Shown: positions 24,200 through 36,420, numbered from the stretch's first letter. The stretch is DNA of 64,000 bases from Mobula hypostoma (GCF_963921235.1 NC_086108.1:75890001-75954000); one strand, 5' to 3'. The notes: a model not told the origin generated them from the sequence alone. Numbers and translations: made by a program.

Positions 24200-27100
24200 T
24201 GATTGGACAAGAGATAGCTGGTTGATGTATGCTGAGTAAATTGAGCAACATTTTGAAGCAAATGAAATATCCAGTGAAAAGCAAGTGCAGGTTTTGCTGA
24301 GTGTAATAGTTGGAAAAGCATAGAGTCTGCTCCAACCAAACCAGCCGGAATGAATTGTGCTGTTATTGTGAAAACAGTGCAGGGACGTTTAGAACCAAAA
24401 CCATTGTTGATTGCAGAATCAAAAGGAAGGAGTCCATTTTAACATGCATGGCTGAATTAAAGAGATTGTCCGAGCATTGTCAGTTCAGTGATGGGCTTAA
24501 TAATACACTGAGAGATTGTTTAGTTTTCAGAATCTTACAAGAAACTATTCAAAAATGGTTCCTAACTGAAACACTACATATGTTTAAAAGAGCAGTTGAA
24601 ATCACAGTATCAATAGAAACACAGACACAATTGAGTTGCATTCAGGAATGAATGTGAGCTTGAACAAAATTGCAGCATGTAGACGCAGGTCCTCCTGGCT
24701 CAACAAATTGTGTTACCATTGTGACAAGGACTTGCATACGCCAGGCCAATGCAGGTTTAAAGGTGAAGCTTGCAGAAAATGCAACAAAGTAGGACGCATA
24801 CAAAAAGCTCATTGAGTAGACAAACCTAAATGGACTGCACAGGGAAGGAAAAAAAAAAGCTTAAAAAAATTGAGCTGCAGTTTCAAAAAGAGCACTGATC
24901 TACATGCTGTTGATGAAAAATCTGATAATGATGAGAGTGACACAGGACTGGATAGCACGAGATTTACAATATGAAAACTAACAAGGGACAAGCAATATGA
25001 CTTGCACTAGAAGTGAATTGCAAATTAATTAAAATGGAATTGGATGCTGGATTGGTTGATGCAGTCAGTCCACAAAGTGAGTTTGAATGGCATTTTAAAA
25101 TACTGAATTGGAGCCTATAGATATCCAACTAAGAACTTGTACTGGAGAAAAGATGATTGCTGTGGGAATGACATTCATAAGTGAAGTACAACAGTCAACA
25201 AGTCACATTGGGCTTGTATGTAGTAAAAACAAGAGGGCCAGCATTGTGGGGATGTGATTGGCTGAAACTTCAACTTGATTGGAGATCTATCTACCATTTT
25301 CTTGCCACATCCTCTGTAATAGAGTGAACTAAAAGCTTATTCAGAAAGGTACTGGAGGATGCCATAGAAGTGATCAAGGATGGCATTGGAAAACTCAAAC
25401 ATATCAAGAGTAAGATGGTGTTAAATGCAAATGCTTTACCAAAGTTTTACGAAGCACATCCAGTTTCTTGTACTATCTGTGTTAAAGTAGCTAGTGAGTT
25501 AGATTGCATGGAAGCTGAAGGAATTCTTTCCAAAGTTGAGTGGAACCCATGGACTATGCCAGTGGTCCCAGTATTTAAGATGAATGGGCCTGTCAGGATC
25601 TGTGGTAATTTTTAAGGTCACCATCAACCCAGTACTGAAAGTAGATCAATACGCTCTGCCCAGGATAGAAGATACCTTTGCAAACCTTTCTGGGGGGAAA
25701 ACACTTCAGCATAGTGGATTTAGTTGAGGCCTACCTGCAGATGGAAATGGAAGAAGAGTCCAAAGTGTTTCTCACCATAAATGATCACAAAGGGTATTAT
25801 CTCTATAATAGGCATACTTTAGGTGCGGCATCTGCACTGTGACAGAAGGCTATGGACCAGGTGCTACAAGAATGCCCAGGCGCTCAGTGTTACCTGGATA
25901 ACAGCATTTTTATCAGTGAGGATGACAAGAAACATCTCCCAAGTCTCAAGACAGTGTTAAAAAGATTAGAAGATTATGGGCTCAGAGCATGACATGGCAA
26001 ATGTGAATTCTTTGAGTCAAGCATCGCTTACTGTGGTCACACCATTGATGCACAAGATTTACACAAGTGTGCTGAAAAAACTTAAGCAATGGTGGATTCT
26101 GCAAGGCCAAAGAATGTATCATAGTTGCAGTTCTTTTTTTGGATTTGTCTGTTATTATAACGGGCAAGTGTGTTCCACAAGCATTGGACAAAGCAGTGTG
26201 AGGTGGCTTCCCAAAAGACAAAAGAAAATGGTGATTCAGACACTGTACTCGCACATTATGATCCACATCATCCAGTGAAGCCTGCCTGTGATGCCTCATC
26301 TTGTGGTATAGGTGCAGTCATGTCTAATGTTTTGAGTGATGAAAGTGAATGCCCCATAGTCTTTGCATCACATTCCCTTATGGCTGCAGAGAAGAATTAT
26401 GCTCAGATTGACAGAGAGGCCCTGAGTCTGGTTTGGGGTGTCAAGCTTTTCACCAGTACTTGTATGGGAGAGAGTTTACCCTCATTATAGATCACCAACC
26501 ACTATTGTCCATTTTCAATGCACAGAAGGGTGTTGCGCTAACAGCAGCAGCAGGAATGCAGAGTTGGGCTCTTGTTTCTTGGAGGACAACATCAAATGCA
26601 AAAGTGCACCTAATCATGGAACTGCTGGTGGATTGCCCCTTTACCCTTGGAAAAGGAAATGTTGGAAAATTTACAAAAGAAGACTTTCCTCTTGGCATTT
26701 TCTCCCTAGTGCAAATTGGAAGTCTCCCTGTTAAGGTATCTCCTGGCTCTGTGTTTTCTTTCAATTAGTTTTATGTTAAATTAAAATTTCTTATGCCGTG
26801 CTGAGCTCAACACTAGTTTTATTAAATAAAGGACGTAGCTGGTAGTGAGTTATGATCCAGTAATTTAGCTGAATAGATTTAAACCAGATGGGCAGTGCTT
26901 GGAGAATTTTTAAACCACTATTGAATTGTTCTCTTTTGCCGCATTATCAGCTATTGGTTATTCATAATTGCATATTGGCCTACACGTGCTTGCTGGGTGA
27001 AAAGGACAGTAAGACAGTGAAAGAAAACCTGCGCCATATTGCTTCCTGAAATGTTAGAAGCTCGTTTTAACTTGGAGGTTAAAAGCCAGATAAACTGCAG

Positions 27101-27524
27101 CCCAAATAATAACGAACAGTTTATGACTTCCTAATTTTAAGGCTTGTAAATGATCTCAGAATTTGCAGCAAAGAACTAGAACTTTGTGTTGCAAAAAAAT
27201 TTTACAGCCTTGAAACTGCTAAATTGTACTTAATTCATGTCTGAAGTTCAGTTTTGCTTGAGGAGGGAGGAGGGTGGGTATTGTTGGTTTCATTTCTACC
27301 TTTGTTAGCAGACTCTCGTCAGTTGAGAATCCATCTGTCCCTGCTTGAATTTTCAATTTTCACGTTGTTCTGCATGGTCAGCAGTTTAGTAAACATCGAC
27401 AAATGGCACTCAGAAATGTATCCATTGTACCTATTTTGTCCAGTGGAGTGGCATGTGTTTTATGCTCCTACCCAGAGCACTTTTCTCATCAACTTTTAAT
27501 CTTCAACAGCACAATAGAGTAATT

Positions 27525-27866
27525 AGTTCAAGTCAAGTCAAGTCACTTTTTATTGTCATTTCGACCATAACTGCTGGTACAGAACACAGTTTAAAAACAA
27601 GACAACGTTTTTCAGGACCATGGTGCTGCATGAAACAATTCAAAAACTACACTGAACTACGTAAAACAACACAAAAACTACACTAGACTACAGACCTACC
27701 CAGGACTGTGTAAAGTGCACAAAACAGTGCAGGCATTACAATAAATAATAAACATGATGATGGGCACAGTAGAGGGCAGTAGGCTGGTGTCAGTCCAGGC
27801 TCTGGGTATTGAGGAGTCTGATGGCTTGGGGGAAGAAACTGTTACATAGTCTGGTCGTGAGAGTTT
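27525..27866 (-). mobile_element. Rex1/Babar-like LINE extreme 3' end
   Basis: Complement of SFFPQAIRLLN (GAGGAGTCTGATGGCTTGGGGGAAGAAACT) and a (TCAAG)n tail at ~27528-27546. Confidence 0.75.
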
Positions 27867-28061
27867 AGAGATCTGTCTAAATACCAGCGGCAAATCCTTC
27901 CCTCCCACAGATACTGCACCACTTACTAAGCTCTTCCAGCGGGTTATTTTTTTGTTCCAGATTTGAGCATCTGCAGTCTTTTTTTTGTTAATTATTAAAC
28001 CACTGGGTATAGTGTCAGGCTGTTTACTAGAGGAGCTTAAGCAGTAAATAGTCTATTGTAT

Positions 28062-28377
28062 AAAGGCATCCGTTAGTCTTGCAAGACCATGGATCTGCGC
28101 CTGGAAAGTCTTCACTCTCCAGGGCGCAGGCCTGGGCAAGGTTGTATGGAAGACCAGCAGTTGCCCATGCTGCAAGTCTCCCCTCTCCACGACACCAATG
28201 TTGTCCAAGGGAAGGGCATTAGGACCCATACAGCTTGGCTGCCAGTGTCGTCGCAGAGCAATGTGTGATTAAGTGCCTTGCTCAAGGACACAACACGTTG
28301 CCTCGGCTGGGGCTCAAACTCACGACCTTCAGGTCACTAGTCCAATGCCTTAACCGCTTGGCCACGTGCCCACACCA
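28062..28377 (-). mobile_element. tRNA-derived SINE with CORE-like middle and RTE-type tail
   Basis: Minus strand head has A box TGGCCAAGCGG and B box GAGTTTGAGCC, then GTGTCCTTGAGCAAGGCACTTAA; tail …GATCCATGGTC…GACTAACGGATGCC is shared with 30810-30915. Confidence 0.8.
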
Positions 28378-29859
28378 GTATAGACAAGAGTTAAATGAAA
28401 GAGAACACAGATTGGGGATCAAAGGACGCAGAATCTACAAGAAGCTGCAGTAACTTTTCCAAAAAAGGCAGTCTGTACTGCAGGAAATGCAGTACGTTGA
28501 GCATAGTTGGATGCAGAATGTGTGCAGAAAATCATCGTGGTCACTTTAAGGTTATTGTTACCAAAATCGAATTGATGGAGTAAATGTCATTCATCTCCAG
28601 TTAGCTCAAGATTAGCTTTGGCAACATGTGCAGCTTTTTATTATTAAAATATCGCCTGGCATTTTGATATCTCCTGCTTTCCCAAAGGTTGTATCTCTTT
28701 GGGAATGGGGAGGAGATGGGAAATGTCAAGATAACTTTTATTTTGCTGTGGCTATAGCCCCATTTAATTATGATTGTACATTTTCAGATGCCAAATGATC
28801 AAAATATTTATTTTCTTTCTGAGATGCCTGTAGCAGATTTCATGGAAGCATTTCAAAAACAACAAGCTATCAAGTTTTTAGGAGGCCTGTGACTTCAAGT
28901 TTACTTCTTACAACTTTAAATAGAAAAGCATCAGACAGTAATGCAAGTAGTTTGATAATTGTCAATCCATATAAATTTCACAGTGATGAAAGAAGCTTAT
29001 CTGTGAAAATTATTAAAATTTAAGGTGCTGGAAATACTCAGCAGTTAGGCTGCACCTGTGGAAATGGAAACAAGCTAATGTTTCAGGTCAGAGGTTCATA
29101 AAGATGCAGCGTGACCAGAATATTTGAAGTATTGTTCTAGCTTTACTTCAGAAACTTGCCAACTGTTCCTGCCTAAAATGAATGCATTACTATGTGTTAG
29201 GCATTTCAATGCGATATGAAGTATGTAATTTTGTTGTTTTGCTTTATTGTCAGTAAATTTGAAGCAAGAATAGTTTAGCTGTACCAATAGCTTGAAGGGA
29301 GGAGTTATCTGTTCCCTAAACCACCACCTGTTTGTGTTGCAATAATTAACAAAACAGATATAACATTTATCATTTTCTGTTCATTTAGATGGTAATAGGG
29401 TCTGTTTTTGAGATACAATTGGGGAGTAATTAAGGTTTAAGTTTCGCTAACAGTTGCAGCCCACATCTCCTGCACCTCCCTACCTGTATCCATCCCTACA
29501 CACTGTCCTGCCACATACCACCTGCTTCATTCCTTCTTGTGGACTCTCAAAAGAATTCTTGTAAACAACCCATTCTACCCTTTTATTCTCTCCTCGTCTT
29601 CAGCCCCATATATCTTGCCTTGCCCTATATGCTCCAAGGTTTTTGCACTAATATTCCATTTCTGTCCATTTCCTTCAAATTCTTTGTTTTGTAAACATTT
29701 TACTTGAATATGGCAGATAAAAGACAACATGGACTAGCCCTCTGATGTTGCGCTGTCATGAGAATGAATCCCTAGCTGTGCTTAACTTCTATTTTTTACC
29801 TCTCAGTTCTTAGACCTGAGATTTATGGCAGTTATAGAATGCAGACATAAAAAATTTAG

Positions 29860-30065
29860 CAAAGCAACACACACAAAGTGCTGGAGGAACTCAGCAGGCC
29901 TGGCAGCATCTGTGGAAAAGAGTATATTTGACCTCTTTGGCCCAAAACGTCAACGGTTCACACTTTTCTGTAGATGCTGCCAGGCCTGCTGAGTTCTTCT
30001 AGTCCGCGTGCGTGCGTGTCTGTGTGTGTTGCTTTGGATTTTCCAGCATCTGCAGATTTTCTCAT
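29860..30065. repeat. MITE-like fold-back made of two inverted Penelope-like termini
   Basis: CAAAGCAACACACACA…CTGGAGGAACTCAGCAGGCCTGGCAGCATCTGTGGAAAAG (29860-29920) is inverted at 29963-30036. Confidence 0.85.
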
Positions 30066-30409
30066 GTTTATGATAGAATTTTAACAGCTGATTATCTTAT
30101 TCCCTCCCCGCCACCACTTATGCTGCATACTTCCTATTAAAGGAAACATAATTACCTCTATGCATCTTATGAAATTGGTATTTGTTTTCAAAGCTATTTG
30201 AAGAAACTATACTAAACGGTGCTAAAAATGGAGTGTTTGTGTGTATTTTTTAAAGTTATTAAACCAGACAAAATCCAGTTTCACTTCCAAACTATGGGCA
30301 AAATTCTCAAGTCTTAGTTCAGTTTCTTTACAGGAAAAGACTGAGCGCTTCATTTTTTCTTTAAGCTAAGGCATCTGTCATTTGTTTCATAAAAGCAGTT
30401 TCTGCATTT

Positions 30410-30920
30410 GGTGACTACCTATTAAATGCTCCCAATGGCGTGTGTCTCAAATAGCCTCTGACAACCAAGTCCAGCTCTTGGCCTTCATGTGTGGTTTAGC
30501 TACTAAACCCAGCAGAAATGTTTCTGCCGACAGGAGTAGGGGCAAAGGTGGGTGACTGGCACCTCAAAGCCAGTCGCTTTGGACAGATGGGGCCTGTTAG
30601 CACGTTTGGCAGCTCTTCCAGGAGAAGGAAAACTCTGATCTCAACCTCCGCTGCCTTGCTGTTATAGCCACTCAAGAGGTAGGCTTTGGGAGTAAATCCC
30701 AAGGGGGGGGGGTGCAGGGGGAAATCTGAAGCTGGAGTCCCTAAGGCAACTCTAGCAATGTTGCTAGTACTAAACTGTATAAGGCTCTGCTGTTCCTTTG
30801 GGTTCATCAGATGTGTGGAGAGGGGGAGCTTGCTCTCCATATCGTACTGCCCAGGCTGTGTATCTGGACAGCTAGGATGCAATATCCATGGTCAACTCTG
30901 ACTGACGGAGGCTTCACTCA
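30410..30920 (+). mobile_element. Non-autonomous RTE-type element (5' UTR-like part plus RTE-type tail)
   Basis: GGCAGCTC…AGGAGAAGGAAAACTCTGA motif typical of RTE/Vingi-type 5' regions; 3' end ATCCATGGTC…GACTGACGGAGGC; no coding remnant. Confidence 0.6.
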
Positions 30921-30997
30921 CCTTGCGGGAAGTTAGGGATGGCTGATAAATCCTCCCTTAGCAGAGTCAGCCTTGTGATTACCTGAATAAAAATGTT

Positions 30998-31510
30998 CAG
31001 TGGATTCTGGTTAATTGGGCCATTGGTTAATCAGGGCAGCAACTTATTTGGGACAGCTCTTGAAGAACAAAAACTATTTGAGAAAATAGCTAGGATTTTT
31101 CGTTTATTTGGGGTACTATGCCACTTAGTTGAGGGAGGAGACTGATAGTTGGTGTGAAATAAGCGTAAGACCATTTGCACCTGTTTTGCTCACTGCAATT
31201 TCAAGCATTCAGGGTGGAAGATGCAAGACATGGCCGGGAGTGAAAATGAAACTACTTCACTATTTCAACAAGTTAGGAACTATGAAGAATTTGAAAATAT
31301 CGACAATCATCTTGAATGTTACAATGAAAATGAAAATTTGGAGGACGCAATCTTCAGAAGCATTCCATGAAGATGGTCCATTATCTGCACAGGTGTTTGC
31401 ACTGAATTTGTTCATTTACAGTCAATCAAAAGAACATTGAATTCATGAATTCCTCTGTCAATAACTATTAGGAACCAATACACAGTTTTATAGTACTGTA
31501 GCAGTGCATC
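30998..31510 (+). mobile_element. pogo/Tigger-like MITE, truncated copy
   Basis: Starts CAGTGGATTCTGGTTAATTGGG; collinear with 58429-59211; right TIR missing. Confidence 0.75.
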
Positions 31511-32358
31511 TAGATATTTATGTATTTTGATTACCTCTGCTTTAAAATATTATGCTGGACTACGGGTTATTTTACTTTGTAATTTATATCCACTTTGAGC
31601 CATGTTGAAACTAGAATCAACATTAGATTTGCTGCTTGTTAATTTTGATTTGTTTAATATTCATTGAAAATGTAAGGAGAGTTCATTTGCTCAGAGCAGT
31701 TAGGATTTTGTTGTATGGGATTTGAAACAGATTTAATCAGTTCCTTCAGAAGGGCATGATTTAGGCACTGGGAGAGAAATATGCCACAGTTTGGAGATAG
31801 AGCAGAGGTATGGGATTGTGGGTTTACAATACCAGAGGCGGGTATCAACCCCCATCAATATTTGAACAGCCATTTTCTGTGGTGTTGTAACTCTGTTGTA
31901 ATTGTGTAGGTAGATTGCTATTTTGGAAGAGGATGTCTGAGTGAATACGGGGAGTCTATAGCTAAGTGTACAAGTACATTGTACTTGAGGTAGAATCACC
32001 TCTCACCACCACTCTCTATAACACCATTTTTGTTTCTGGTAACATCAATGTTTGCTTGCCCTGCTATTCACCTTATCTTTGCTCTTTCAAGGTTGTTCTG
32101 TAATCTCTGATAGTTATGTAGAGTAAAAATTATATCTTCAGAATTTCAAGACAATACCTTGGCTTTGATTTGAGGTTGGAATGATGTACCAAAAGAAATA
32201 TCTGACGGGTTGATGAGCTTATCTTCATAATGTATGAGAAATAGGACAGGCTAAATGAGTACACTTAGACTTTTGATACTAATGACCAGAACAACGATCT
32301 ATCTATGCTTCCTATGACTAAATATCTATGACTATTTTCTAATATGTTCTTTTTCAAG

Positions 32359-32949
32359 TAAATTCTACTGAAGAGCCATTTGATTCAATGGAAAGGACAC
32401 CCAGCAGTACCACACTTTTGTTTAATCTGCTATCAAGTACAAAGGGATTAGTTAAACCTACAGAACAACCAACCAGTAGTAATATAAGCCATGATACCGA
32501 TCTGGATGTAACGGGTCATTCTTCTGCACCAAGCCTGAAAAATGGAACTGGTTTTATTGCTCCATTGGAAAATTCAACTGTTCGTGCTTTAACTCACAAT
32601 GCAGAGATGAGTGAACTCACCCAAAAAAATGAAATGGCTCCTAGTGTTACGGATGGAGCCCCTCTGGCAGGAAATGAAACACAAATCGGAATTAGCAAAC
32701 CGACTGTAGGTCCTATAGACACCAGTAGTCTCAATACAGATACAGTGAATGTCACTGTAGGTCCTAATGTGACTGAGAGACACAGCCAGACTATGATAGC
32801 TGGATCCTCTGTTGAAGTGACAACCATCCCACAGCAAATGGGGACGACCAGGAAAATGGATGCAACTGTTGAAGAATCCAGGTACGAAACAACAATTGAG
32901 CCAAAGAAGAATTCTCCTACAACACCTACAGGGCACGAGGGATCGAAAG
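32359..32949 (+). CDS. Sialomucin-like type I membrane protein, internal exon A (Ser/Thr-rich ectodomain, phase 1-1)
   Basis: Acceptor ttctttttcaag|, donor AAAG|gtaaga; 591 nt open; S/T/P/E-rich with multiple N-x-S/T sequons (NST, NIS, NGT, NET, NVT). Confidence 0.85.
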
Positions 32950-33764
32950 GTAAGAGCTTGTTCACTTGTAAATGTGCATTGTTAATGTTGTCATCAATGT
33001 CACTTGAGTGCTGTGGATTCTTGGAGAAACTAAAACTTTATTTTAAAATTGTAAAAGTGAAAATGCTGTTACTTGCACCATGAAAGCTTTCCTAAAATTA
33101 AGTTCAACATTTAATTAGCAGCTATGAAGAGATAGAGCACTGAAAGAATTGGCGCATTGAATAGTGTTCCTTTTAAATATATCAAGTTTAAGTGATGAAG
33201 CTTTCAGTTATCTGCCACTCCTGTCGTTATGGAGCAGGAGCAGGCTGTAAGGCCCTTCAGGTTGTTCTTCCATGCCATAAGTTCATGGTTGGTCAGAATT
33301 TGACCTTCATTCCTTTTTATTTTGTTATACCTATTCTCCCCATAACATTTGGGGCTCCTTTAATCAAAAAGAAAATTCAGCTCAAACTTTGAACACTATC
33401 AGTAATAGTATTCACAATTGTCTAAGGTAGGAGTTTTCAAGGATTTGCAGCTTTTAAAGAGTAAATTTCCCCTCCACTCAACCTTTAGTAATCAGCCCTT
33501 GTTCCTCAGATGATTCCTTCTCACTCTGAACCTCCACAGTAAGTGAAATATTGTCAGAACACTTATGCCGATAAGTCTCATTGTTTTGTTAAGATTACAT
33601 CTTATCCTTCTAAAGCTGCAAAGAGCAGGCCCACTTTGTTTATATAAGATAGCCACTTCATTCCATGAAAATCAAAAAAAAGAACAGTGTGCAAATGTCT
33701 TGGGGGTGGGTGTGTGCGTGTATGTAAAATATAGCCAGGATGCCTAAGACGTTTGCACAATACA

Positions 33765-35945
33765 GTACTTAGCAACTCGGGTGATCTCTGGGAAGTGAAA
33801 CAGTCAACGTTTTAGGTCGAAGACCCTCATCTACACTTCGAAGGAGACAGAAGCTTGTAAATCTGCAAGGAGGGTGGGGGAAGGGGGTTGTCTCAGGCTG
33901 ATGGTGGAGATACTATGAGGCTGGTGGGAGTGGTCACACGAGGCCGAGCTGGGCTAGGATCCTTTCCAACTCCCCAAATGGACACCAGAGGGAAGGAAAG
34001 ACGTCATCTAGTTCAGGAGGAGGTGAGAGCAGTAGTGGAGGAGAAGAGAGTCTGCAAGGCAGTGGGAGTGAAGCAACAGGGAGCTTGGACAAGATGGGAA
34101 AATGTAGTTGAGAGGAAAGTGACCTGGGCTGATCTTTGGAAAGCTGAACCACACTGCATCCAATTTCTCATCCTGGCGGTGTACGATGTGCTTCCAAGCC
34201 CATCAAACCTGCACAGATGGGGCAAGGCAGAGTCATCTGCGTGCCCACTATGCTCCAAGCGAGGAACCCTGGAGCACATCCTCAGCAGCAGCGCAAGGGC
34301 ACTTGGCGAGGGACAGTACAGTTGGAAGCATGATCAGGTCCTGAAGACCATCGCAGGAGTTGAGTGGGCGAAGCGGTCCCGACCCTCCAAGCAGACCATT
34401 GTCTTTGTCAGAGCTGGGCAGCAGCCAATACCTGCCAAAAGAACATCTGCAGGCATTCTGACCTCTGCAAGGGACTGGCAACTGTTGGTGGACCTCGAAG
34501 GGCAGCGGAAGTTCCCCAACCATATCACAGCCACCACCCTGCGACCAGACTTTGTCCTAGTGTCTGAGTCTACTAAGCAAGTGGTGCTGCTGGAGCTGAC
34601 AGTCCCATGGGAAGATAGCTTGGAGGAGGCCTTTGAAAGGAAGCTCTCCAATTACGCAGGGCTGGTCAGCAAATGTCACCAGGCTGGATGGAGAGCGAGG
34701 TGTCTCCCAGTGGAGGTTGGTTGTAGGGGATTTGTAGCTCATTCCTTAGTTAGAGCCTCCAGCATTTTGGGCATCGAGGGAGAGAGGAAGAGGAGAGCCA
34801 TCTGCAGTACCACCGATGCAGCAGAGAGGGCCTCAAGATGGCTGTGGCTCAAAAGAGGGGAGCCATGGAGTCATAAGTAGCTAGCCATCTGGACACAAGC
34901 TGGGGTCTGATCAGCCCCGGCTGGGTCACCTGGAGGAGGTTATATGATGTTGAAAGACCCGAAACACCCGATGATTCCAGGAACATCACTGCAGATGTGT
35001 CTAGAAGCATCAATAGATGTATGTACACAGCATAACAAGGTTTTTTGGGCATTGAATGAATAGGAACAGTTAGATATTGGGAATATGGACAAAAGAACCC
35101 AGACAGAAGTGGGAGTTGTGAATCGAAGAGTGTGAGGTCAAGCCCATCACATCAGGCTGGGCACATCCTCCACTCTTGGGGGCAGTTGGGTTGGGGGGGT
35201 GGAATAGAAGGCTGACTGTAATTAATATTACAGATGGATGACTGATGCACACCCAAGCACCTAATCTGTTTGCTTTATTGTGTAGAAGTGATCAAATAGT
35301 GTGTACACAGAATGCAGGACACTAGATACAAGAATTGAAGCTTCACCCGGAAGGACTGTTTTGGATCCTTGTATGGTGGGAAAGGGAGAGGTCATTGCTT
35401 CGTGGAACTCCTGGGTTCAGTCTGCAGGGTGATCCTGAGCTTCCTGTCACCTGCCACTTTGATTCCTCTTCTCACTCTCACTCTGACCTGATGGTCTGTG
35501 GCACCAAAATGAGCAGCAACACTTCATTTTCATGTTGCAGCCTTCTGTATTGGTCACCCATTTGTAATAGTAGGACAGCTTTTTTCCCTTTTTGTGTATG
35601 AGAGTGGAGAATGTGCCCAGCCTGACCTCATGGTATGTCCTCCTGCTCCACATTTCACAACTCCCACATTCTTTTATCTGGATTCTCCTCCAACTACTCC
35701 CATCTCGTTCATTATGTGCCTTGTCATGACACCCATGGACTTGCCAGATGAACTTGTTTGCAGGTTATTCCCATGGTCATCCCAGTTTTGCTCTGTTGGT
35801 GACATTGCCTTCCCCAGCCCTTTATTGTAGCTTTACAAGTTTCTTTTTGTCTCCTTTTTAGTTCTCAGCATTTTAAACCTGAAACTTTTCCTATTTCTCT
35901 TCCCACTGAGTATTTCCAGCTTTTTCTGTTCTTCAGATCTCTGAC
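33765..35945. mobile_element. Penelope-like element in inverted arrangement (minus half ~33765-35400, plus half ~35400-35945), interrupted by a HERO copy
   Basis: Degenerate hammerhead-bearing terminus at 33801-33835 (-); GIY-YIG remnant DPELPVTCHFDSSSHSHSDL (+); ~35107-35177 is an inverted copy of ~35600-35670. Confidence 0.6.
33913..35025 (+). mobile_element. HERO-type RLE non-LTR retrotransposon, 5'-truncated (zinc knuckle plus restriction-like endonuclease)
   Basis: Open ORF to 34880 with QQGAWTRWE, YDVLPSPSNL, CPLC…LEHILS, HDQVL, LRPD…ELTVPWE…RK, VEVGCRGF, SRWLWLKR; 3' UTR follows. Confidence 0.9.
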
Positions 35946-36149
35946 ACCTTCTATTTTTAAATTTCATTTAGTTAAATCTTTTCCTTTATTTTCTTTCAGT
36001 TAATCCTGTGTCCAAAGTAATACATTGCCTTCAATCCTAGAATCCATATCTTGCATGCCACACAGCCTCCACTAGCTTCCCTTTATACTGCTAGTACCAA
36101 CCAAACACTTTTCTTAATTGTTGAGCTCAATTTCTCTTTCATAAAATTG

Positions 36150-36420
36150 TGTTGGGGTTCAATTGCTGCTGCTCTCTGTAAGTTCTCCCCATGACTGTGA
36201 AGGTTTCCTCCTGGTGCTCCGGTTTCCTCCCACGTTCCAAAGACACGAGTTAGGGTTAGTAAGTGTTGGCATGTTACGTTGGTGCCGGAAGCATGGCGAC
36301 ACTGGCTGGCTTCCCGGGCACATGTCGGACTATGTTAATCATTGACACAAGTGGTGCATTCCACTGTGCTTTTTGATGCTTTGATGTCCATATGACATAT
36401 GAAGCTAATCTTATAATGTG
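36150..36420 (+). mobile_element. V-SINE-like SINE
   Basis: GGGGTTCAATT B box, then GTTCTCCCCATGACTG…GGTGCTCCGGTTTCCTCCCAC. Confidence 0.75.

Larger units (their letters stand above)
22713..26776 (+). mobile_element. Ty3/Gypsy LTR retrotransposon, decayed, integrase deleted
   Basis: 5' LTR TG…CA (22713-22977) followed by PBS-like TTGTGACGAG; gag start 23181 and Cys/His knuckles ~24710-24810; protease MELDAG ~25033; RT (PVVPV, VRICG, LPRIED, YLDN); RNase H (CDASS, NYAQIDREAL, IDHQPL); abrupt junction at ~26735 to a partial 3' LTR. Confidence 0.88.

Noticed and set aside
28300..28377. tRNA gene
   Set aside because: A and B boxes are present but run directly into SINE body and tail; it is a SINE head
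32950..33083. Extension of ORF 32388-33083 past the donor (GKSLFTCKCALLML…)
   Set aside because: Composition changes abruptly after a strong G|gtaaga donor; this is intron read-through, and ATG 32388 is internal to the exon
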